Assembly (NCBI GenBank): GCA_965285935.1
Contig: OZ260662.1
Span: 90,458,001-90,522,000, forward strand
DNA length: 64,000 bases
Direction of reading: 5' to 3'
From: Ophelia neglecta
Lineage: Eukaryota
Both the position numbers and the translations under genes were made by a program. Positions 1 through 12,780 of this stretch are shown one piece after another. How positions within the stretch are numbered: position 1 is the stretch's first letter; every line of letters starts with the position of its first letter. The notes below the pieces were generated by a model, which had not been told where the DNA came from, did not search any database, and was given only the letters and a program-made list of their open reading frames with translations.

Positions 1-1400
1 AGAGTATGTGCTCTCTGGACCACATAACACATTCTTTGGTGATACTCTCTAGCTGCGGTATTGACAACCAATTGCGAGCACTCGCTGATGATCGGTTTTC
101 TTGCATGACCTCGTGATAGCCTGAGACAGGTCACAGAAAGTGACTGAACTATTACATGTAATGCTCTTACTGCGAATATGTCCCCTATTGTTATCATTGA
201 CTTAAAAATTATCGTTTTTTTTCTATCGGGACTACTATTGACCAACTAATAATATTAAAATGGACTGTAGAATGTGTGCCACAGGTAAGCCGTCTTACTC
301 TATTAGTATGCTTAATAAACCGATTTCCATAATGAACGACTACTATTTGACGAATACTTTTTAATGTAGAAAAACAAGTTACAACGAACTTGTCATACAA
401 CCTTTTCCTTCTCTGAATTCTATTTTCTGGCACGGCATTTGGTGTTTTTTACTGCTTTGATATCCGCGTCTTGATAGGCCTACCAGACGAAGATTTATAG
501 GGGCTTTGATAATCTTTGTTCTCACACAGATTCTCACAATTGCCAGCCATACACCGTCTGACATTACGAATTCTTCTCGTTCTACATAAATGGCTTCACA
601 CGTTACAAGGAATGATTTTCTGTCATTTGAGGCTATCAATTCTAGGTGCTTCTAAAAGATTCGAGTGGCCGGCCCCCATTGGGAATTCTTAGTGTGTTTG
701 ACACTTTAGGTCTAGGTGTTGAGTAAACTTCGAGTATATTTTCTCTGCATACGAATTGGATAAAACCATGCTGCAAATTGCAGAAGGTTCCATTCTTGCT
801 TATACAATAAGATAGTGTGAATCCCACATTGGTTGTATGGAATTCTGCTATAATACGACTTTTGGGCTAGATGTCATACTATTTACTTCGTTGTAAGCAC
901 CAGCCCAGCTGGGTGCTTACTAGGAGACAAACCTCACGATCGTTGCCAGTATGTCATCAGTTTTTTTCGACACTTCTTGCCAAATTGCCTCCAACATGCT
1001 AAAACCAGTGATGACCTTGAGCTTTACACGTGTATAGCTTTTGCCGGTCATTGGTACAGGAAGTCAGATGTTATGGTCACAAAACTCATTTCTTTGTGTT
1101 TGTTCACAGAACGCTACCATATTGTAACAGAAGCAGCTATCGGTTTCTTACCTTAGAAATGTTCGTAACGGCACGATGAAGATGTGTATCGCTGAGCTGC
1201 ACACTTTCATCGCCTTATATTTACCGCTATGGCATAATTTACGCAATTTTGGTTCTTTTTTTCTATCTTCCAGGAGTAGAATTCCGAATTTGTTCACACA
1301 TGTTATCTCGTAGTTCAGAAGTCCTTGGCCAGGTTTCAGAATTATCAAGGACACCGGCTACGGATCGTCTGAAACAAAGCACAAAAAACATCAGCAGCGT
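1..1400 (-). mobile_element. Decayed Penelope-like element (Neptune-type), RT plus start of GIY-YIG; runs off the window start
   Basis: Colinear minus-strand motifs: TGKSYTRVK (~NGKxYxQ), ATAG-T-ATGACATC (~IDDI, ~875), QNSHTTNVGFTLSY (~LNSxHPxIKFT), DRKSFL..AIVRIC-x19-RGY (spacing matches PLE TDxxxYL..RIRRIC-x19-RGY; ORF 379..639), FVVTCFSTLKSIRQIV (ORF 209..433), ITCNSS (~155). Confidence 0.6.
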
Positions 1401-1779
1401 ACTTGTGATCACATGAACTAGGGAACTTGGTTTAATAGACAATTGTCATTTCCTCTGATTACAATAACTTGATGTGTCTTTTACGAACGCTAAAATGCAT
1501 TTAAACTTCAATTTACCGGTTTCGAATAACAAACCCAAAGACAGCGATCTGTGCGCACCATTCAATGATTATAAATACGGTTGATTTGTAAAATATATCG
1601 CTACTCTGGATTGTTCCCCTGATGAATACGCAGGCGTTCATATTTACTATAATCAACTTTAAGCTAGTCGGAATCGCCGACAGCTAGACATTTCTGCCGA
1701 CGCATCGTTCATCTCTACAGAATGTTTATCGCTGTAAAGGCGTTGCTTTCACAGCCCTGGTAAAATGAAAAAAAAAAAC

Positions 1780-2070
1780 ATGTAAATGTTTTAAGATGGA
1801 TTCCATGACATTGGTGACCGCTGCACAGGCAAATCATGAAGGCCAAACATTCGAAATACTTGTCTACACTGAATGCTTCAATGTGAAGCAAAGGCTCCAA
1901 ACATTGGTGTACGCGTGTTAGTGTTAAGTCAAATCCAAGTTTCCTGTGCGTCCTTTGAGTGCTGGTGTGTATGGTGTTTAACAATGATATACTTTACTGA
2001 AATCATTTTATTTTAGTTCACTTAGGCCGTTGCTTTCCAAATGAATTAACAAAGTAGGTGCATTTAACAA
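1780..2070 (-). mobile_element. Possible short Penelope-like RT fragment
   Basis: SNGLSELK* then LNTIHTSTQRT..KLGFDLTLTR (~HGxEELK..LNSIHPSIQFT..KLPFLDxxITR); ORF 1715..1984. Confidence 0.3.
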
Positions 2071-2379
2071 TTATTTGAAACTTAAAAAAGATCGAACAAG
2101 AAAATACATGGACAATCAGAACAAGCATCTCAGATGAGATATAGGATATACTTATATAGAATTGAAGTTGTACCTTGTAGTCATTGTTGCGTTTGATTTA
2201 AATTCGGAGGAAAATGTCTTCTGGAGGTAGACTTTGATACCCATTAATCAAAATAACTAGCTTTTGCCCTTGGATGTTTTGGTTCGGTGTTAAATTAACA
2301 TCGTGCTTTTTATCAAGCTGTTACAGAGATATAAATCCTGTGGGCTCTACACGTTATACTTTATCGCTAATGTTATCAG

Positions 2380-2710
2380 TTCTTTAACTCGTCAATCACT
2401 GAATGTCTCGGGTATTGTAGTCTATTAACTACTCTGATGGAGACCGAGATAAAGGAAACTACCAGCTCTCGAAAGAAACGTACTTTAAATGCCCTTCTCG
2501 GACATTGACTGATATGTTTGTCAGAATAGTTTCCTGGGGATGGTATGTGCCGCATTTTTTTGACCATTCATCATTATTGAGATCATTTTCACCACATCCC
2601 TATACTTACACCGGCTCATTAGATACCGCGAATCAAATTGTAGTTACTAAACGCCAGCTGCTCCCAGCCCCTGTGAAATAATTTGCTCATTTGTCGATGC
2701 ATTCGTCTAA
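2380..2710 (-). mobile_element. Penelope-like (Poseidon-type) linker plus GIY-YIG fragment
   Basis: QMSKLFHRGWEQLAFSNYNLIRGI (~KIxKLFxKxxxxVAFxxxNTIRxIL), then HIPSPGNYSDKHISQCPRRAFKVR (~YKIPCxxCDKxYIGQTxRAFKxR); ORF 2376..2567. Confidence 0.5.
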
Positions 2711-3019
2711 AAGTATTCTTTATCAAAGCATAATTTGTTGCAACTCTAAACTGTAGCTAAAGCATGCTGAGAATATATTATGCCGTCCGCCTTTGATATA
2801 AGTTTGACATACGACGACTTAAAACAATTAGTTTATGGTAGTCCGTCGTTTCAGAATATGGCTGTTTTCATTTCTAAACCTCAAGGCAGTCCATGAATAG
2901 TTTATGAATAGTTATACAACTGATAACTTATATTACAAAATTGCAAGTTAACACACATGCAAAGTGTACGACGTTGAAATATTACCCACTTACAAAATGA
3001 GGTGGAATATATGATTAAG

Positions 3020-4330
3020 TTATTGATGAATTATCTATGATCCCGTGTATTACTTGCTTAACGTTAACCTCATATACTTGAAAATCACAGTAGTGAAGGT
3101 GAAAACAAAGAAGTGAACAGACTAGGAGTAACCTCGAAAACAGTTGAACCTTCACGACAAGTCATGCCATAAGCATACAAGTGAAAAGGGTGAAATAGGT
3201 ATCCCAGGTTTGTAGTGGATTGAAACGTTTAGAAATTCGTAAGTTAATAATATGCAATTTAACACGATGGATACACCTTTATAAAGTTTTGAAAAACACC
3301 TGTCCAGAAGCCGTTCCAAATTCGTTGACAATTCAAGCCAATGATGCATTGATTTATTCCTCAATGCATTGCTTTCTTTTGTCTGTGTCACGAGTGTAGT
3401 TTTTTTTAAACTTTATAACAACAAAAATGTATTGCTACGTCGTTCACGTCCAAAATGGTTTTTTTTTCAAGTTGATGTACAAAGTATAAATCATGTTGGG
3501 GCCAAATGCAAACAAAATAGTCATTGAAAGTAAATTTTGTCAATTGCTACTGCTCTGCTGAATGTAAAAATAATACACTATTCGGAGTGAAAGGGCACTA
3601 TTAATAAGTCAATACTTAAAATGTTCCAAGTTGATGATGAATTGTAGTTCAGATAAAAACATACACAACTCCAAATGGGAGACTTACGAAGTTATTTTTT
3701 GTTTTTGTAACATTATTGTAGTTTTTATATGGTACAGAATTATGAAATGATGAAATGACAGCTAACACGTCGGACTTATTTCATCCGAGTATACTCTGCT
3801 GCGCCTCGCTACCGATCTCAAATAAGAATTGGTATTGTTTGGGCAATTCAGCCTCTAGCACCTGGTGCCAATCTCCTTCAAATCTGGATGTCCACATTGA
3901 CCCAATCAATCTTATAATTAAATCCTTTCCCTCCCGGATTTGTACTGCTCCGAAAAGGCCTCTGATAAGATATCACCTTGTAGAGCAAAGGAACTGAACA
4001 TTTTTTTATCAAACGACTGTAACCCGAACGGCACTGAAAGAGCTGAGACTAGGATTAATAAAAAAGGAGCATATTTTATGCAAGCTCGGTAAATCTTTTA
4101 AATCTTGTGACATTGATCGGGATCGTCATACCCTTCATATAAAGGGAATGTGAAGATATATTGTGTATAAAATGTTTTGACCATGCAGTATTAATTAACA
4201 AAAAACAACTACAAGTTTGCATCGGTTCCTCATCTCGCCAACACGTAGTGACTGAATATTTATAAAACCACTCACATTTTGCAGATATCTGTGACACTGA
4301 GACCCGTGGCATCAACCCGGCGACGAGACG
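3020..4330 (-). mobile_element. Decayed Penelope-like element (Poseidon-type), RT to GIY-YIG
   Basis: Ordered motifs: KGMTIPI..FTELA* (~RPIVS..TYELAK), LIRGLFGAVQIREGKDLII (~DVxSLFTNVPIxEAIDII), QVLEAELPKQYQFLF, ILG*NKSDVLAVI (~MGSPLSPVLANI), YLN..VPF, PT..LYIN, YKGVSIVLNCIL..YKP, YCDFQVY / KYMRLT. Confidence 0.6.
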
Positions 4331-5165
4331 GTTGTTTGTACAGAAGAAATGAAAGAAGATTGACCATTATCCCACTGGCTGTGTTCCTTTGGACATTTCG
4401 TTTTAGAGGAGTTTATCAACCTGTACAGTGCCCCTAGTCTGGCTCAATAATAATACATCGTCCTTTTAGGAATAGATTGCTCGATCAAAGACAACGGCCA
4501 TTCACTGCACGGTCAGTTTACTCGTTATTGGAAATTCATCTTTGTTAGTCTTTGTGACTAATGTATACAATGTCTGCATGATGATATAGATATTGCAATG
4601 TTGCACTTGACAAATACAGCGCTCTATTAGTTTAGTAGATTGCGTTCCTTTCTGATATACCAACTGACTTCCTGTATATAGAATATCAAATAATGGTTTA
4701 AAGGGCTATATACTCTGCTTCCGTTCTCTCGGTGCTGGCTTTTTCGTCAAGCTTTTCTATTAGTTCAGAAAATATTCGCTTGTCTCATTCCGGACGAACT
4801 TTTGGAATGGCTAGTGAACTCGTGTATTATAGGCAGCTATTCTCAGTCTTATGCCTAATCGATGACCTACATGCATTCTTTTTCAACTAAGTAACTTAAT
4901 CACACGTTGGCCAACCTAATACACCCACCTGTAAAGCTTACGATATTCCACCCTGATGCGTGTAATATGATACGAAGCATAGAAACAAAATGGATATACA
5001 GAAATGATGAACTCACAAAACAGGAAAAAGGAGGCTTGTAGGCCAGTAGGAAAAGCATACACGTGAAGGATTAAACAATTCATTTATAAATGATCAATTT
5101 TTCTTCTTGATATTTTCCATTGCGTTTGCTTATAGCATTATTATATCAATAATATTTAATGTTTG

Positions 5166-5420
5166 GGGTTGGGGATATAGCACAATGGATAGAGTCGCCT
5201 GTATCGTTGGGCTAGGTGGATGACACCGCAAGGGTCGTGGGTTTGGGTCCCAGCCAAGTCACAACCACATTTGAATTAATATGTAAGATATATCAGAATT
5301 ATGAAGATCTAAAGTAGACACTCAATTTGTCTAAAGATTGTGTTATTTTTATGGTGTTGGTAATTGGTATGAAAATATACCTGTCAGTTTGGCCCTCTCA
5401 ATAACGGAATGTAAGTGCTC
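5166..5420 (+). mobile_element. tRNA-derived SINE (degenerate)
   Basis: GGGGATA-TAGCACAATGG fits Pol III box A (5178-5188). GGTTTGGGTCC is a degenerate box B (5240-5250), in tRNA-like context GGTCGTGGGTT. No complete cloverleaf is seen. The 3' boundary is a guess. Confidence 0.55.
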
Positions 5421-5639
5421 GCCAAAGTAAGTGATTAAGGATAGTTTTGGTCTGAGAGGTAAATTCGGGAATTTTACTGAAAACAAAGGGCAGCAAATTG
5501 GTTACAAATTGATTGAACCAGGTGGATCAACTCTACCTACGATTCAAAATGAATAACTTATCTGCCTTTTCGTATTGCCATAACATTTGATATTGTTGAA
5601 GTTTTTCTTACCTTCTGGACGAATGGCATTTTGTTAGCA

Positions 5640-5980
5640 AGCTTCGTAATGAATTTCGTATTTCGTTCACGTTATATCCAGTATCCTAATAATGAACTGT
5701 TAATTTGTGTGCAACTGATTGAATTTCTTCCTGTAAACTGTTTGCCCAGAGGTCGTGGCAAACATGGTTGTTCTGAGCAAATTCAAGTATGATTACAGTC
5801 AATCAAAGTACTCTGATTGGGGTTATCGGGGCAACTTAGTGTCGTGAATTAGAACTAAGGCAATCATTACACAACATGATTGTTCCCACGGCACACTATT
5901 GAAGAAAGTAAGGCTTGATTATCTGGCAGGCGTAACCAGTCCGAAGATCATTAAACCACCAAACCTGCCCCGGTTTCAGC
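5640..5980 (-). mobile_element. LINE APE endonuclease fragment (RTE-X/CR1-like)
   Basis: GRFGGLMIF (~RxGGGVxIY), CLPR (~YLPP), LQEEIQS..LLG (~LEEEI..ILLGDFN), in the expected order. Confidence 0.4.
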
Positions 5981-6699
5981 GATCAGGGGGCAATATGCAG
6001 CCTAATGATAACATAATATACAGCTCAATGCAAACATAGTATAAATGGACAGTTAAAATAAAGCAGGTAGGTGCTGCCGATTGGATCTTTTTTTAAATAC
6101 TGCTATTTTTTAAAATACTGCTATTGTCCACCCATTATCGCGCAAATTGCTTCCAGTAGTGAAAGAAACCCTATGAACATCCAAACACTCACTGATGAAG
6201 TCATTGAAATATAATTTATCTTCATTGTTTATGTGCCTTTCATGTCTTGTGAATCTACATATACATTATCCAGCTGAATAAGATCCATACAAGTTCAACC
6301 CTTAGGGCACTCTATACCATAACATAAGAGCTCACTCTTGAAGAGGGTTGGCATAGAGTCTCTTCGGTGCCAACATCCGAGCATCTTGTAATTCAGTAGG
6401 TACCAAGAATGTCTGGAAAAGCTGGTGTCAAACATCCGAGGGCGTTTTGGCCAGCAATATTGAATGCGTCCAATTAGTACAACTGGCTCTTTTTCAATTG
6501 TAGACTATAGGCACATCGACAAAATTAATTCGGTTTTCGTGGAAAACGAGTGAGGACTCAAGTAAACTTCACTGACTTTTTCAGAGTCGTGTTCCCGCTG
6601 CTTATTAACCGCGTTACATGCCAAGTGAGGCTCAGTTAGATTGACCTCTTTGATTTAAAGAACAGGGGAGACACTCCATGGGGTGCAATGTCTAGTTCC

Positions 6700-8150
6700 C
6701 TGTGCTCACGAGCATGTGTGGTGTTTAAAAGCCACTTCATCGTGGTGTTTCATGAATAAATACATGTATACATAAGTTCCGGGGTAAACCTTTCATGCAT
6801 ACAACAAAGTTGTGCGGTATTGGACTAACATGTTGAATTAGATTTGGAAATAATTGGGATATGCGCTTCGTGATTTTAAAGGTTGAATTCCAAATGAATC
6901 GATGGTTTATTGAAAATAACATCTTTCACCCAGATACAAGTGGTATTTTACCCCATTTGGTGTTGTTGAACATATTATTTTAAGAACGATTATTATAAAC
7001 AGAAATAGGCTTCTTCTATATGAGAAGCTTGAAGTTAATTTTTCGGCAATTATATTACTCAATGCGCAACTGGTTTAATATTTGTTTTCAAATATTGATA
7101 TCTGGTTATTATAAACAATATTATTGTTATCGGCTTACATTTATTTATTCTGAACCAAATATGAATTGAAAGATAATCAACATAAATCGTTGAGGACAAT
7201 GGCCTCAGCGAATTCGCCTTCATTTCCTCTTCGTTTTATTCTCTTCTCCCTTAGCACCTAGAATTTGTTCTGCCCGAGGATTTCGCACAAATGTGATAGA
7301 TTTTGTTGTTTTACCGGCTTTCTATTTTTTGTTAAATATAAATCAATTTGAAAATGAATGTTCCAGCCAAGGAACCGAATCACTTCTATACTCATCTGAA
7401 ATTTGTTCCGGAAAAAAGGGAGCATATCTCCTGTGTATATATAGCTATCTAGATAAATGTATATATTTTTTGTCAATGTCTGCACCACCTTCCGGTCACG
7501 GTTATTAGCTCTGAGAATATGATGCCATTTACGCCAAAACATTTGTGACCAATGACGATTCTGGGCCAGCACACTCTTCCAAATTTCCAAATCAGCCTTA
7601 CTTGTCTTTTCAATAACCAGCCTATAATCGACGTGGTGTCATATCAGCCATTTTGGTCGTCATGACCCCCGCATACCAACGCCCCAACGGTTCAATATAT
7701 TATTGATCTAGCCAAGGGAAACACCCGGAGACGTGATGCTATATTAGCAGGTTCATCCTACACAGTCAATAGTCTTAAGGAACCATGGGATTTCGGACCG
7801 GCTCAGAGGACTATTCTCGATTAATGACTGCTTTATCTAAGACGGGTTTCATTCATATGTAGGTGTACAGTCTGACAGACGATTACCAGTATGTGCTCAG
7901 TGAAATAATTTCACGATGGAATATACCACAATTGCTTTGCTCCGATAACAAAGTTGTATTATTGACTTTTAAGCAATGCAAGGAGAAAACTGGTGCAAAT
8001 AAAAATTCCTTATAGAACGTTCTTGTAAATAATCCACCTACATTTTTAATACTTATACCCGGTGTTCTTATTTTGAAATTTTTGCAACTTTTGTCTTTCA
8101 ATAAGATTTAAACATATACACTTCCTGGCAAAAAGGTAAGTTGTATAATT
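6700..8150 (-). mobile_element. Decayed Penelope-like element (Poseidon-type), near-complete RT plus GIY-YIG
   Basis: About 11 colinear motifs at plausible spacing: SNCGIF, RLSDCTPTYE (~RPILSxxGTPTYELAK), NIASRLRVFPLARSI (~DIxSLFTNIPLDETI), F-WRK-x16-TLTKNI (~FNGK..GPTLANI), LCEI, LSFNSYL, LYLGE (~LPYLG), FKITKRISQLFP, FVVC..CIHVFIHETPR (~FVVY..C..YIGETxR). Confidence 0.7.
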
Positions 8151-8619
8151 AGGATATTTAAGCCTAAGAAAATAAATATGAAATCCCTCAAAAGTATTTT
8201 CTAAACAACACAATCAGGCAATAAGCAGCTTGCGTCTAGTTGCATTTGCAGACGTTATGCTTCTGTAGCGATAAAGGTAGTACTGTTAGAATAACGGGAG
8301 GATACCCGACAGACTAAAAGATAAATTGTAACAAAAAGATTCCATTCACATGGTCCAAAATTACCAGGACCCAGCAGCCATACCAACGCACATGCACCTC
8401 CAGCTCCAATAAGCAAATAAAATGATTTTGCAAGTAAAAGAGCGAAATAAATATTTATACCAATAGGAAGTAGTCAACAGGTTTCTATGATGCGAGTCAC
8501 AGCACAAAACAAAACAGTCAGTGGTGAACGAAACACGATCATTCTAACTTTGTAGTCATAGACAAAGAAAAACAAACCAAACATATCCTTAACCACCTAC
8601 TAGAATGTTTTATTTGGAT

Positions 8620-9350
8620 TGAATCCTATTACTTCTAACGTATTTTATAACTGCAGGTGTAAGCTGTCCTATATTTGCCTAATTCCAGGAATCCGTGCCT
8701 TCTCCTCTGTATATAGAAGGCCCGGCGAGAGTTGATATAGCGTGAAATCAAATATCCCTGCTTGACAGGGTGTAAAGTCAATTTCTACATGATTACAGTC
8801 TGTGTATAGACCAGGTGGACCCATTTTCACGCAATAATATATTTTGCAATTACTTTGGAGGGTCGTTTTAAGACAAGGTCATAATGTGTACATACACATA
8901 TTTTTTTCTCTCTCGGTGCTTTGAACAAAGATCCACTTCATGTAGATGAAGAACATATTCAATGAACCAAACAATACAACGTTTGTTCCGTTGCTGCAAC
9001 ATTTTGCAGGGTGACATCTTGTTGAAAAGTTAATCTACTTATCTACTACATCTCTACAGTTAGTTATCCTACCATCATATGGGACTATTTATCTTCATTT
9101 ACTAGTCAATTTCTACTTGTACACAACAGTATATTGCAATAAGGAGAATATAAAGTAAGTAACTAACCGATAAGTGAAGATACATAAATATAAATTAGGA
9201 GTTCAGTGAAAGGTTTTACGAGGTCCAGTATAATTCAATAAGGCTAGCTGAAAGACAGACAAATCCAACCGAATAATATGTTTGTATAGTGGAGAGTACA
9301 TCTATGCCACCATCAAACTAGATTATGTGTTTCTAGGTTATTTCTTAGTA
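8620..9350 (-). mobile_element. Decayed Penelope-like element (Neptune-type), RT C-terminus and linker
   Basis: K*PRNT*SSL (~KPTNTHSYL), FSTRCHPA (~FVTTYHP), KRPSK / LQNILLR (~KRPKNLxDILVR), TPCQ, YTCSYK. Shares an identical 19-mer and similar flanks with the copy at 17.8 kb. Confidence 0.55.
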
Positions 9351-9949
9351 AAACAAATTGCCGATAAGGTTTTTTTGCCTCTTACACAAACAGATCATAT
9401 TTATTCAAACGAAGGACGCCTCGGGCGTGCATTAAATTCAATTTATCAAAAGTAAGTTATTTGCTTATTGTTGGGCCAAGTCTATATTAAACATTCTTAG
9501 ATATAGCATTTACAGGAATAGCTGCTATACCCACTTATTTAGAAGCTTAGTTGTGTCTAGCTTTCAGGTATGGTGTGGTCCAATTTATCTGTTCATTCTA
9601 ATGAAACATCACAGAAATAATTGTTATATATCCATTCTTATATTGTCAAACCAAATAGTGTAAATATCACTTGCTTAAAATCAACTGATAATCTACTCCC
9701 TTATCATTCGCCCATTTTACTTTACAGAATGACTGATCCCGTTAATCGTGCAAAAAAAAAGTATTTATTTGAATTATTTGCATGATAAACTCGTACTCAA
9801 TTTTCGAACCAAATTGTTGTCATATCGCCACAATTTAATTTTATTAGATAAACATTAAAGTAGAAAGCTGTCTAGTACGCATAATGTTTCTAGCTCAAAT
9901 CCAATAGTATCAATAGTTTTCAGGGTTTTCCCAACAAGAGTCACAATGG

Positions 9950-10130
9950 CATTGTTTCTTAGATAGGTATTCATTACGACGAAGCGTTATTCGTTCGACA
10001 GCACAGGCCATTTGGATATTGACCAATACGTCACACCACCCTTGCACTTGAGGTCTGCGTCAATGATGATCAGGCCTGGAGTAGTCTGTCATTTTGCCCA
10101 AAATGACAGTTTGCATTTAATACCCTAAAA
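9950..10130 (-). mobile_element. LINE APE fragment (CR1 group)
   Basis: LIGV..PGLIIIDADLKCKGGVTY (~IIGxSETW..PGY..DRxxxKGGGVxxY). Confidence 0.35.
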
Positions 10131-10759
10131 CACCTATTAAATAATCTCAGCAAATTTCAATGGGAAATAACATGCTGCGTTTGATATAGAATAAAAAACT
10201 TAACTAGGGCAAAGTAACAGATGATTCATTGCTTGGTTTTATTTTGCTTGGTGTGTATCAAAATAAGATCAGTAACTCGAATGCAAACTCCGGCAAATCA
10301 TTGAGAAATGGCAATGCAATAGGACAATTGACTTTCACTAAAATGAAATTATGCTCGTTAAGAATAAACAAATACAACAAAAAACTTAACTGAAATCCAC
10401 CATTCATATGTCTATATTAAACTCGCGTGTATTAATAATGTATTTGCAGGTGGTTTTTCGTCCATGAATCAACCGATAATTACAACAGACTAATCGTGCA
10501 CGTGTCCCTAGTTGTATGCTGGTAGTTAAGAGCGTTCACATGTGAGTGAAAGTCTACTGATTTAAGTTACACGCATCATTTCCTCACAGGACCAAAGACA
10601 CATGATTGGCGAGTATATCTCTAGCAAATAATGAATTGAATGCCTTGCTAAGCAATGATATGCCCTATACACGTGGTGAACACACTAAGTTCACGCGTTT
10701 GGATTGCTGCTGGTCAGTTTCATGTCTGCAAGGTGCAGTAGTGGTATTATATTGTCCCG

Positions 10760-11600
10760 CCGTCCGGCTTCATTTGCCAGGCGAGCAGCTGCGTATTTGA
10801 TCTTCCAAAATAGGTTGTATTAATCTGGCCATCGGGCAAGCTAGCAAAAGGCGCGGTTCTGCAGCAAATTTTCAATAATAATGCTTTGCATTGTAAAGGG
10901 GCACGGCAAAGATTTCATTTCCCTTTTTGCGGGAAATGTAGCCAGGGATACGTTGCCCTTGGAGAGACTATATATTCATTCCAGTCTATTCTTCTCTTTC
11001 CCCTAACACGTTGCGTTTCATTCACAGATTTACCAGTTTCCCACTTTTTTCTTGAGGAGGCTGGAAGCTACTCCTTCCCTGAAAACGCCATTAAGTACAG
11101 ATGGGTGTCGTCGGCGTATAGCAATGAAATTTTAAATTATGTTGATACAAAAAGTATCCTGTTGACCTGTTGTAGCGGCGTTCGCCCTTCCGACCGAGTA
11201 CGAACCCGCCTGCAAGTTCGGAATCTTGTCTCGTGTTTGTAATTGGTGACACATTAATGAATACATGTTAAAGGTGATTTAGAAGTGGTGCTTAAAACCA
11301 CTTTAGGCTAGCTTCCTTGAAACCAAACATAGTCCCTAGTCGCTCCAAAAGCAATCTGTGGTCAATCATGTCAAAAATGGCTGACGGACCAATAAACTTG
11401 AGCAACAAATGAACCAATTCGAGACCATAGAAATGTCTGAGTGTACCATCAAAAAGCGGATAGGATGGAATGATGCAGTAAGCTGACGGGAGTTGGTCTT
11501 GCAGGGGATATAACATTGAATGTAAGCATCAATCTGTTAAAAGAAAACCTTTTCCAAGATCATAGAGATAAATGGACGGTTTGACAAGAAACGTTACTTG
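10760..11600 (-). mobile_element. L2/CR1-group LINE reverse transcriptase remnant
   Basis: LSNRPFISMILEK, LQDQLPSAY, SAIFDMIDHRLLLERLGTMFGFKEASLKWF (ORF 11292..11516), LLYADDTHLYL (~11095-11125, YADD intact), KIKYAAARL (~RIQNAAARL). Confidence 0.85.
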
Positions 11601-12249
11601 TTTAACCTTTCTCTTCTAAAGGATGTGTTCTTCTTAGATAGGTACAAATTGCAAAGTATGAAAGGAACCGATTGCTGTAACTAAGAGAGCAGCAGTTAAT
11701 TTCTGATAAACTGCTTGTCTAGGTTTGATATTGGTTAGCGGAATGTTTAAATGATTTTCTTGGTGAGGTAAAATTTTTTCATATTCTACTACATTGTTCA
11801 AGCGTTTTGTTTCACAAAAAATACTCAGATCGACATATAGTATATAATCCAGAATATGGTGTACAAATTGTTAATCCGAATGCCCAACATTTTGCTTAAT
11901 CAAGTGGGTCGACTAAAGAAGTTGGTGTGCTTTTACAGTATATTCTGAGAAATAACCATATAAGTGCGTGCTGTGAAGTTTATATGTGTGGCTGTTATTG
12001 TTTCGTGCTTTCTATGAATGTTAAGTGACCATTATTATCATATGTGTACCTACGGTGTGTTGACGACTTTTTTTTCTAGATCTGCATGCTGATTTGCCAT
12101 AAATAAATAATCGAACGAACAGAATTTGGCAAGGTTTTTCCAACTTTTTTTTAGTTTGAATACTTCTAGGTAAATGCGATTTGGATTTGGAACCCAGCAG
12201 CGGGTCGAGTCGGTCTGTAATCAGGCTGCCTCAGAAGGCCCCAAAGCGA

Positions 12250-12780
12250 TTCTCATATCCGCCTGTCCTTTGCTTTCGTTTGTTGCATTTCCTGTGCGAT
12301 AAATAATCGCTGACTATCTACCGATCAAGTTCCACGAGGGAAAAATTGAAATGCGGTCGACTGCTGAAATGGGCGGACCAATATTGATGTGGTATTACCA
12401 GTCCTTGAACAATTGGACTTGATTTTTCGATACTCGTTACGGCAAGCAAAGTACACAAAATGATAATGTGATCAGATACATGTTTTAATTGGTGTTAATC
12501 ATGAACGGTACGTTCGAACAACCTGTAAGATGAAGTACCATAAGCAATGTCTTACTTTAGTAATTAAATCTAATAATTCGCCTGGGAATGGAGTAGGGTA
12601 ATAATGGACACCCGAAGGCCAGTAACGAAATCATCAGTTCATAATCTTTTCTACCTCACATTCCAAATGGTCGTATTTGAACAACGATTCGTTTGTTTTG
12701 TGGTTTGCCTCTCATGGTGGGACACTATTAACCACTTCTTATTGCTATTAATGACCTATTAAATTGATAAATATATCGTA
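12250..12780 (-). mobile_element. CR1-group LINE, RT C-terminal fragment
   Basis: NRSLIAI / KKWL (~NxDLxxIxxWL), RPHFNF (~RPHFDYC), QEMQQTKA (~QxxQNRA). Confidence 0.35.

Noticed and set aside
1152-1368. Minus-strand exon candidate (TTTCAG...GTAAG)
   Set aside because: It has stops in all three frames and overlaps the PLE remnant.
5612-5730. Minus-strand exon candidate (TTTACAG...GTAAG)
   Set aside because: It has stops in all frames and is better explained as an APE remnant.
7450-8150. Initial reading as a Neptune-type RT C-terminus
   Set aside because: It was replaced by a better-spaced Poseidon-type RT alignment continuous with 6.7-7.45 kb. This shows the risk of by-eye motif matching.
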